Part shown: piece by piece, positions 1 to 9,276 of the stretch
Layout: the number at the start of each line of letters is the position of its first letter
How positions within the stretch are numbered: position 1 is the stretch's first letter
NCBI GenBank assembly: GCA_002104905.1
Contig: MCFE01000141.1
Location: 1-64,000, forward strand
From: Basidiobolus meristosporus CBS 931.73
Lineage: Eukaryota > Fungi > Basidiobolomycota
Reading direction: 5' to 3'
DNA: 64,000 nucleotides
Notes under the pieces: model-generated
Databases searched by the model: none
Told to the model about the DNA's origin: nothing
What the model saw: the letters and a program-made list of their open reading frames with translations, nothing else
Program-made: the position numbers and the translations under genes

Positions 1-1264
1 AAAACAAGCCATTGCCGACCATGTAGTTCAGAACCAAGTCCTGGCCAATGCCCTGGACGGTCGGATGCCCGAGAAAAAGCCGGCTAACCACTTTTCACTG
101 CGGTCTGGAGCCAGGCTCGCAAAGTCCTCAGAGCTCGGTGACAAAAGCGTGGCCATGGCCTTCCACAACGCAATCACCCGCCTTGAGATGATCGGACTGG
201 ATCCACTCCAGGATCTGCAGGAATACGGTCTCAACAAAAGCTCGGCCTTCAACAGCTCCTACCTGGCCGAGAACCTCTTTACCGCATTGCCTTTACTTGC
301 TGATTGCCTGCATATGACATTTTCGGAGACTGAAAAACTACCCAATATAAGTTTCGGAATAGTGTCCATTGAAGAGCATTTAAGTGCCAACATTGGTATC
401 AAGGCAGCTTATTTAAAGGGTTATGACCTGGGGCACCTTGTTTATCTATTACTGAAAGAGCTGCCCCAAGGCACCACCAGTACCAACGAGCTGATAGCAC
501 CTCTTGAGCACCTTCAGTCACTAACGGCTGAGAAGACCTTTGTACACTATCTGGCACAGAAGACCTTGAAACAGTTGAAGAAAAAGGAGCTACTCCTCGG
601 CGAGAAAGCGATTAGAGCCCTACGTGACTCCATCACCAAAGCCGTGGAGAACTGGTTTCGTGAGACCAGCCTGCTAGTCCCATACCCAAGAAACCCGACA
701 CTAGATTTGCTCCATTACCGAAAAACTCTTCAGAACACCGTGCTTGTGCACCCGCCTCTACTCTACGCACAAAACTGTCCCATTACTCACAAGGAGCTTG
801 AAGAGGCCATTTTCAGGAAGAAACTGAAGGTATACACGAACAACCGAGCGCTGTTCAAGGAGGAGACTGGCGAGTGCGCGATTCGGCTCCCTTCTTTAAC
901 GGAAGTGAAAAGGGCCCTCGTTCGGGAGGGGCTGTGCTGCGCTACTTCATATGACCTGCTTGTACTACAACTAGCGGTCATCGACTACAACCACAGACTC
1001 TCCACGAAAGGGCCACTCTCGAGCCTTCCCCACGAATACCTACTCAGCTGCCAGAGGCTGTTTGACGAGTCGTGGATGGATATGGTGATAGCCACCAAGC
1101 TTCAGCGACTTTTGTCAGGCATGTATAGTATGATGGGAGACGAGGACATGAGGAAGGCTCACAAACCATACACTAGCAATGTACAACAAGGCTTGGGTAT
1201 ATGCTTAGGGTTCGGACTCAAGATACTTCTGGATACTGATCGCCGTTCCACACATAAACATTGA
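1..1264 (+). CDS. Orphan ~450-aa family protein, copy 1 (5' end lies outside the window)
   Basis: Open from base 1 (KQAIADH...) to TGA 1264; colinear with copy 2 at offset 2741; no recognisable domain; intronless. Confidence 0.75.
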   Translation, partial: KQAIADHVVQNQVLANALDGRMPEKKPANHFSLRSGARLAKSSELGDKSVAMAFHNAITRLEMIGLDPLQDLQEYGLNKSSAFNSSYLAENLFTALPLLADCLHMTFSETEKLPNISFGIVSIEEHLSANIGIKAAYLKGYDLGHLVYLLLKELPQGTTSTNELIAPLEHLQSLTAEKTFVHYLAQKTLKQLKKKELLLGEKAIRALRDSITKAVENWFRETSLLVPYPRNPTLDLLHYRKTLQNTVLVHPPLLYAQNCPITHKELEEAIFRKKLKVYTNNRALFKEETGECAIRLPSLTEVKRALVREGLCCATSYDLLVLQLAVIDYNHRLSTKGPLSSLPHEYLLSCQRLFDESWMDMVIATKLQRLLSGMYSMMGDEDMRKAHKPYTSNVQQGLGICLGFGLKILLDTDRRSTHKH

Positions 1265-1354
1265 GTGGATCTCAGGATAAATTAACAATATCCAATCATT
1301 TCAGTATTGATCGCATGTTCGGGGCCTTAACAACTTTGTAGTCATTGTACAATT

Positions 1355-1973
1355 ATCCTAAGCATTGACAGCTCTGTAGCCATTGTTGCTATTATTGTTC
1401 ATCCAGTCACGCGTTCCCAATCCGCTTTTGTTTCTCAACTTATCTCCTGTTATTCGGACTTTCTGGATTGCTGAGGATTGGCGGGTGGTGCAGTCTATGC
1501 CATATACACACACATCGGCTACCCGGTCCAGTCAACTAATCCAATTTCAAAGCAATATAGCTTTCGGTGTGCTTGGATGTAAAAATAACTACTTGCTTCG
1601 CATGTGTTGCATAAATAGCTCCTCGCTGTGTTGGGTGTATATTGCAGGCCAGTTGCCATCAAGGAGCGATAGATGGACTATGATGGCTCGCCAACTGCCA
1701 TCCATTCGATGATCGGGCCAATTAAGGCTCCTACCAAAAGAATCGTTGGCGATCTGCATTTCGTAGTTGTCATTAAACTCGCCTCGAATAGGACGCTTTC
1801 TATTAATGCCGAAGGAAAGCGTGTTCGAAGATGCTGGCTGGAAATAACCAACATCAGCGCAGTCAACAGCCGCATTGCTAGGTTTTCATTTTTAATAAAG
1901 TAATTGCTCCTTTGCAAAAGCATTTAAACTCGCGGCCGTGTGGACTGGGAAGATTCACTCAGCAGTTCATTTG
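1355..1973. repeat. Segmental repeat X (second copy ~5261-5881)
   Basis: Near-identical sequence by direct comparison; identical shadow ORFs in the track (1673/5581, 1678/5586). Confidence 0.9.
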
Positions 1974-2613
1974 ACTCTCGATTCTTAGTGATGGAGTTGA
2001 GTTAGCAGCTTAGGTCACAACTGTTTAACCACAGCCAATGCAGGATCGCACACGAAGAGCAGCAATTTCAGTTCGACAAATACACCCTGGGCTACGATAG
2101 GGAGTGGAAGACCATGAGAACGAAGCATAGTTGTATAGTCGCAGTTTTGTCTCGTACCAATGAATGCTGCAGGAACCATGGTTGCATTACCTACGGGGGA
2201 GTGGAATTCATCAAAATCAAGAATCATCAATGGGCAATTCCTTTGCAATGATATCGGAAATTGGGTCTGCTTCAGAGCTGTGACAGTATTGATATCAAAG
2301 AAGCATGGCATGTCGCGAAATGAACCTACAGCATTGACGACACGATGCTAACCCAACATCACCACACAATTAGTCAACCCAGCCTATTCCAACCTGTATC
2401 GAGTTCGAAGCGGAAGATCGTGAATGAGACAACACAGGAGTGGTAGGCAAATTTCATTTATACGAATCCGTCAAAAAAGCTCAACCACGAACTTGACAGA
2501 AGGCCAATAGGCCGAATCCAATTAGCCAAGACTCTTGTGTAACCCTAGTAATAGTCACAGATCCTATCAATGGAATACTCCTTGTATTTAGGAGTTGATA
2601 TATAAGAGGTCAG
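1974..2613. repeat. Segmental repeat Y, upstream of the orphan ORF (second copy ~8638-9276)
   Basis: Near-identical; identical shadow ORFs 2015/8666 and 2160/8823. Confidence 0.9.
2599..2605 (+). promoter_or_regulatory. TATA-like box upstream of orphan ORF copy 2 (same motif upstream of copy 3 at ~9262-9268)
   Basis: GATATATAAGAG, ~42 nt before the second ATG (MKLSGEE). Confidence 0.45.
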
Positions 2614-3972
2614 ATGGGGCTGTCAACCAAGAATATATCTTATACGATGAAGCTAAGTGGAGAAGAGCAAGCAGCATTTGACTACCTATCCCCCACCTGG
2701 GAGCTAATCCCTGAAATCATCCGCCCAGACGATCAAATCTTAAAACAAGCCATTGCCGACCATGTAGTTCAGAACCAAGTCCTGGCCAATGCCCTGGAAG
2801 GTCGGATGCCCGAGAAAAAGCCGGCTAACCACTTTTCACTGCGGTCTGGAGCCAGGCTCGCAAAGTCCTCAGAGCTCGGTGACAAAAGCGTGGCCATGGC
2901 CTTCCACAACGCAATCACCCGCCTTGAGATGATCGGACTGGATCCACTCCAGGATCTGCAGGAATACGGTCTCAACAAAAGCTCGGCCTTCAACAGCTCC
3001 TACCTGGCCGAGAACCTCTTTACCGCATTGCCTTTACTTGCTGATTGCCTGCATATGACATTTTCGGAGACCGAAAAACTACCTGACTACGGTTACGGAG
3101 TTATGTCCATTGAGGAGCACCTGAGTACCAACATTGGTATCAAGACATCTCTTTGGAAGAGCTATGACTTGGGGCGCCTTGTGTATCTGTTACTAAAAAA
3201 GCTGCCCCAAGGCACCACCAGTACCAACGGGCTGATAGCACCTCTCGAGCACCTTCAGTCACTAACGGCTGAGAAGACCTTTGTACACTATCTGGCACAG
3301 AAGACCTTGAAACAGTTGAAGAAAAAGGAGCTACTCCTCGGCGAGAAAGCGATGAGAGCCCTACGTGACTCCATCACCAAAGCCGTGGAGAACTGGTTTC
3401 GTGAGACCAGCCTGCTAGTCCCATACCCAAGAAACCCGACACTAGATTTGCTCCATTACCGAAAAACTCTTCAGAACACCGTGCTTGTGCACCCGCCTCT
3501 ACTCTACGCACAAAACTGTCCCATTACGCACAAGGAGCTCGAAGAGGCCATTTTCAGGAAGAAACTGAAGGTATACACGAACAACCGAGCGCTGTTCAAG
3601 GAGGAGACTGGCGAGTGCGCGATTCGGCTCCCTTCTTTAACGGAAGTGAAAAGGGCCCTCGTTCGGGAGGGGCTGTGCTGCGCTACTTCATATGACCTGC
3701 TTGTACTACAACTAGCGGTCATCGACTACAACCACAGACTCTCCACGAAAGGGCCACTCTCGAGCCTTCCCCACGAATACCTACTCAGCTGCCAGCGACT
3801 GTTTGACGAGTCGTGGATGGATATGGTGATAGCCACCAAGCTTCAGCGACTTTTGTCAGGCATGTATAGTATGATGGGAGACGAGGACATGAGGAAGGCT
3901 CATCACCCACTCATTTACAATTCGATTGGATCATGGCAACGAGATCATAGTATGTCTAAATTGAATCAATAG
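2614..3972 (+). CDS. Orphan ~450-aa family protein, copy 2 (true start may be Met12 at 2647)
   Basis: 452-codon ORF; TATATAA at 2599-2605; synonymous-rich divergence from copy 1 in one patch indicates coding constraint. Confidence 0.8.
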   Translation: MGLSTKNISYTMKLSGEEQAAFDYLSPTWELIPEIIRPDDQILKQAIADHVVQNQVLANALEGRMPEKKPANHFSLRSGARLAKSSELGDKSVAMAFHNAITRLEMIGLDPLQDLQEYGLNKSSAFNSSYLAENLFTALPLLADCLHMTFSETEKLPDYGYGVMSIEEHLSTNIGIKTSLWKSYDLGRLVYLLLKKLPQGTTSTNGLIAPLEHLQSLTAEKTFVHYLAQKTLKQLKKKELLLGEKAMRALRDSITKAVENWFRETSLLVPYPRNPTLDLLHYRKTLQNTVLVHPPLLYAQNCPITHKELEEAIFRKKLKVYTNNRALFKEETGECAIRLPSLTEVKRALVREGLCCATSYDLLVLQLAVIDYNHRLSTKGPLSSLPHEYLLSCQRLFDESWMDMVIATKLQRLLSGMYSMMGDEDMRKAHHPLIYNSIGSWQRDHSMSKLNQ

Positions 3973-4042
3973 TTAATTATACCTTGCAAGGGTCAGATGG
4001 GTCCAGCATTTTGCATTATTAGGTGCCATTGGTTGGACTGTA

Positions 4043-5260
4043 TTATTGTGCACCGGAAAAAGCCTTCTATTTCAATCAGAAGTGGCTTATTGAGTGCACC
4101 ATTGTGATCAATAGCCATTCTATTTTATACTGGTAGCCATCGGTCCACTATTTTCATAATCATTTTTAAAATCATAGCCCCAGCACAACTTGGGGAATAT
4201 CCAAAGGAAACAAATGAACAATTAAAGTACAAGCATATCAGATATCTAGGAAAGCCAGGTCCTTAGGGGCTTTCAAATACTTCTACTATAGCAGTATGCG
4301 AGAATCACCACGAAGGGGCCACTCTCGAGCCTTCTCCGTGAATACCTATTCAGTTGCCAGAGACTTTCTGACGGGTCGTGGATGGATATGGTGATAGCCA
4401 CCAAGCTTCAGCGACTTTTGTCAGGCATGTACAGTATGACGAGAGAAGGGGACAAGAGGAAGACCCATTGCTCACCCATTCTCGACCCAGTCGAATTCAT
4501 ACTTGATTGGATCGTGAAAGCGCCAGATTGGTTCAGCATTTTGCATAATTAGGCGTCATTAGTTGGACTGCATAATCATGCGCCAGGGAATGCCCTCTTG
4601 TCAAATGGTAAGCGGAATATTCAATCGATGTAACCAGCTAATATCCACCGAATATCATTTTCCCATACTTAGAGTTGACTCTATCTACAATCGACTGTGC
4701 TCAAGCATCCCAGGTCTTCGAATTGGCATTGAAAACCCTACATTTTAGTTATATGGCATTAGACACCAATGCTTGCAGTAATAAGAACTCCTCCGACATC
4801 ATTCACAATATCCGAGCATTAGAAGCATCCTAAATATTATATAAACCTCTAAATTCTCCCATATCCAACATCAGCAGTAGCCATAGAGACACGCCAGTTA
4901 TAGATGCTTGTTGGAAATACACAGAATTAACACGGTCGACTATTGGCGTAACCGCCATACAGCAAAAGGAACATGTTGAGATCATTAGGGATTCTATTTT
5001 ATACCGGTAACCAGTGATCCACTGTTTTCTTAATAATTTTGAAGAGCATGACCCCAAAGCAACAGGTCCCGTACTCAGTGGGGCACTTAACAATATGATA
5101 CCTAGGAAATTCAGGTCATTAGTGACTCTCAAATACTTCTACTGTAGCAGTTAGTAAGTGGTGTTTGCTCTCCGGACATAGAGAGTTACTGTACACGCCA
5201 AACATATAGAGGGTATCCTGATTGGTGAATGCTCATGATGTAATTTCGTTATTGACCCAT
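4043..5260 (-). pseudogene. Decayed multi-exon minus-strand gene(s) convergent with the orphan ORF; two diverged 3' modules
   Basis: Conserved acceptor-like sites (CTAAC-TGCTACAG, AAAACAG/AAAATAG) and matching ends KAFSGAQ* (stop 4043-4045) and RAFPGA* (stop 4576-4578); full frame not reconstructable. Confidence 0.35.
4308..4552 (+). pseudogene. Isolated C-terminal cassette (80 codons) of the orphan family, copy-3-like
   Basis: Reads TKGPLSSLLREYLFSCQRLSDGSWMDMVIATKLQRLLSGMYSMTREGDKRKTHCSPILDPVEFILDWIVKAPDWFSILHN*, with no 5' part. Confidence 0.8.
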
Positions 5261-5899
5261 ATCCGAAGCATTAGCAACTCTGTAGCCATCACTGCTATTA
5301 TTGTTCATCCAGTCACGCGTTCCCAATCCGCTTTTGTTTCTCAACTTATCTCCTGTTATTCGGACTTTCTGGATTGCTGAGGATTGGCGGGTGGTGCAGT
5401 CTATGCCATACACACACACACCTCGGCTACCCAGTCCAGTCAACTAATCCAATTTCAAAGCAATATAGCTTTCGGTGTGCTTGGATGTAAAAATAACTAC
5501 TTGCTTCGCATGTGTTGCATAAATAGCTCCTCGCTGTGTTGGGTGTATATTGCAGGCCAGTTGCCATCAAGGAGCGATAGATGGACTATGATGGCTCGCC
5601 AACTGCCATCCATTCGATGATCGGGCCAATTAAGGCTCCTACCAAAAGAATCGTTGGCGATCTGCATTTCGTAGTTGTCATTAAACTCGCCTCGAATAGG
5701 ACGCTTTCTATTAATGCCGAAGGAAAGCGTGTTCGAAGATGCTGGCTGGAAATAACCAACATCAGCGCAGTCAACAGCCGCATTGCTAGGTTTTCATTTT
5801 TAATAAAGCAATTGCTCCTTTGCAAAAGTATTTAAACTCGCAGCCGTGTGGACTAGGAAGATTCACTCAGCAGTTCACCTGGACACCACTCACACCTTC

Positions 5900-8498
5900 A
5901 TGAACCTAAGGAAACTACGCTTGCTATTCGTAGCCGCTTGCTCAGCCATTGCGCCCGCGATTGCCTTCGACGTAGGTGTAGATCCATCTATCCTGGTCGC
6001 ACACCATCGCCTAACACATTTCATTGTAGCCTGGCTGTAACGATAATCTCGTAGCATGTCAGTATACTTTCTGATGGCTTTCCCTACATTCTCTTAATTA
6101 ACCATCATATCACTGCCCTTCTAGATTGGTAAACTCAGCAAAAGCCTCTTGACTTGGGCACAGCCTAACTTGAACCTAACAGGGGCCAGAACAGCTACGG
6201 GGGTGGCGGTGGCGATTCTGCTGGATGGCAAAAGAGCTTAGCAGACTACTGCCAAGATGACACCTTTGATGTCATTCCATTAGGTACTCATCAATCCCAT
6301 CACATCCCATCCCGAGGTGGCATTGTTAACGCATATTGTTCGAAGCCTTTGTGAATATATTCTTTGGAACAGGCGGCTATCCTGAACTGAATCTAGCTAA
6401 TGTTGGTATACACAGTGCTTGATCGCCAGGAACCATTACAAACTCAGCCATCTCGTTAGACCTGCAACGTTAAAGACAACAGTACATTCCCCAGCACTGG
6501 GCTACTCAGCTGCCCAAACGTTGGTGCTGACATAAAGTTCTGCCAGTCTCGCGGGAAATCCATCCTCTTGTCGCTGGGCGGGGCAGGTGGCTCCTATGGC
6601 TTCCAGAATGACACCCAGGCTCAGCATTTTGCCACACAAATATGGTTAGTCTTGCTGATCCTTCATTGCCACTGGCCTCATCTCACCGTGCCCCATCTTG
6701 CACTCGGACTTGCTCTTGCTCAGGAACCTATTTCTTGGAGGGAAATCGGACATCCGACCGTTTGGTGACACTATTTTGGATGGCGTTGACTTGGATATCG
6801 AGGGTGGTGGACCTACCGGCTATGTCGCACTCATTAACCAGCTTCGCGATTTCTATAATCAAGACAAGGGCAAGAAGTATATGGTAACAGGTGCCCCTCA
6901 ATGTGTTTATCCAGGTAACCAGCGTGCAACAAATGCACAAGACTCAACACGCCACTAAAGATGCTCTGGTGCACTGTAGACTCGCAGCTCAGCACCACCT
7001 TGAACAACGCGTGGTTTGATCTGGTGTTTGTACAATTTTATAACAATCCATGTGCGTGCACTCTATGAATCCCCGTGTTTGCCACCATCTTTAACCTCTC
7101 CGGCATTCATTGCACTAGGCGGTTTGCAATACTACAACAACTCCCAAGCCTGGAATTTTGGAGTGTGGGATTACTGGGCCACTCATATCTCTTTGAATCC
7201 TCAGGTCAAGGTTTACATCGGAGCCCCTGCTGCCCCTAGTGCGTCTGGATCAGGGTAAGAAGCCTCGAATGTCGGCTGATCCACGGTTGCTAATACGGTT
7301 GAGGTAGCTATGTCCCCCTCCAGCAGCTTCAGGTAATAGCAGAAGAGACCCGTGCAAACTTCACTAGCTTTGGTGGCATCATGTTTTGGGACGCTTCTCA
7401 GGCCTGGGGTAATATGGTCGGAAACGGCAACTACGCACAAGGCGTCAAGCAGGTAATGTGGCAATAATACACACCATGCTATAGGGCTCTTGTCTAATCG
7501 GATCGATCCACCATATGGGGAATCAGTTTTTGAAGGGGAATGGCGGCTGTCATTTCAAGCCGAGCCTTCCAGCATGCACTTCAGTACCTACGTGGGCCGC
7601 TTCGGACTCGTACCCCGGCCAATCTGTCGTTTCCTACGAAGGGTACTTCTGGAAAGCGCTATGGTGGGTGCAGGGACAAAAGCCAGGTGCTGGATCAGGA
7701 TACTGGAATGCCATTGGCGGTTGTGTGGAAGGGGCAGCGAACTCGTCCTCCACAGCCTCTGACCTTAGCCCAAATGCCTCTTCATCACCCCCCACCAACA
7801 CTGGCTCCAACTCGCAAATCTCTTCTCCAGTTTCCTCAGCATATACACCTTCTTCCACGAGTAGCACCACACAGGGTATCTCCTGTATCGGCGTCTCCTC
7901 ATGGAGCTCGTCACTGGTGTACAGCGCACCTCAAAAGGTTGTTTACAACGATCATCTTTGGCAGGCTAAGTGGTGGAGCCAGAACAACCTCCCCGGGAAA
8001 AATGGGGAGGACGTGTGGATGGATCTGGGCTCTTGCACAGGCCCACTCAAGCAAGTCGAACCTCTCGAGCGGAGGTCGGAAAAACGAAGGATAGTCAAAC
8101 AAAGTGACGGCTACCTTATCACGCTTAGCATGGTCGAAGGCAATACTGCAGCGGGCCTATTCCAGTTGGGTGTAAGTTGCCTTGTCCACATTCCCCTCTG
8201 CCCAGAGTTTGGCTACTCACCCCACTTCTAGATCAGGGTCGTATCACAACAGCCTGGGAACGCTATTTCCAGTCACTGGAAACTCAGGCTCCCAACCAAC
8301 AGTACCATCTCCCAGGTCCTTGGTGCCAACTTCAAGCGAAGTGACGGATACCTGGTGTTGACGAAGCCTGATGCGGCTGAGCAACTTCCTAACGGGCAGC
8401 CATTGTCAGTGTCCCTCACGGTAATTGGTATGCTGGATCACAATAACGCAAGCGATTTCCTGTTCCCCGATATAAACAGAATAACATTCCTACCATAA
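5900..8498 (+). CDS. GH18 class III (Cts1-like, subgroup B) chitinase; signal peptide, two Trp-rich CBM5/12-type modules, Ser/Thr linker, extra C-terminal module; multi-intron
   Basis: Spliced N-terminus [39 protein letters not shown]; LLSLGGA; catalytic [10 protein letters not shown] (~6779-6808); VQFYNN; WDASQA; WKALWWVQG and WQAKWWSQ modules; canonical splice sites; TAA 8496-8498. Confidence 0.93.
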
Positions 8499-9276
8499 CA
8501 ACTGGATATCTATGTGTATACCCCAAACAGCACCATTATCGGCTGCCATATTTATGCCAACACTATGGACTATATGTAATAAAGCCAAAAGTGCTGTTTC
8601 TTGACTCTCAATTACCATTGAGCCACACGATCACCTGACTCTCGATTCTTACTGACGGAGTTAAGTTAGCAGCTAGGTCTCAACTGTTTAACCACAGCCA
8701 ATGCAGGATCGCACACGAAGAGCAGCAATTTCAGTTCGACAAATACACCCTGGGCTACGATAGGGAGTGGAAGACCATGAGAACGAAGCATAGTTGTATA
8801 GTCGCAGTTTTGTCTCGTACCAATGAATGCTGCAGGAACCATGGTTGCATTACCTACGGGGGAGTGGAATTCATCAAAATCAAGAATCATCAATGGGCAA
8901 TTCCTTTGCAATGATATCGGAAATTGGGTCTGCTTCAGAGCTGTGACAGTATTGATATCAAAGAAGCATGGCATGTCGCGAAATGAACCTACAGCATTGA
9001 CGACACGATGCTAACCCAACATCACCACACAATTAGTCAACCCAGCCTATTCCAACCTGTATCGAGTTCGAAGCGGAAGATCGTGAATGAGACAACACAG
9101 GAGTGGTAGGCAAATTTCATATATACGAATCCGTCAAAAAAGCTCAACCACGAACTTGACAGAAGGCCAATAGGCCGAATCCAATTAGCCAAGACTCTTG
9201 TGTAACCCTAGTAATAGTCACAGATCCTATCAATGGAATACTCCTTGTATTTAGGAGTTGATATATAAGAGGTCAG

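Noticed and set aside
655-666. In-frame TTT CGT (amalgavirus/PA-X type +1 frameshift motif) in the orphan ORF
   Set aside because: The +1 frame hits TAG within 6 codons; no downstream polymerase frame
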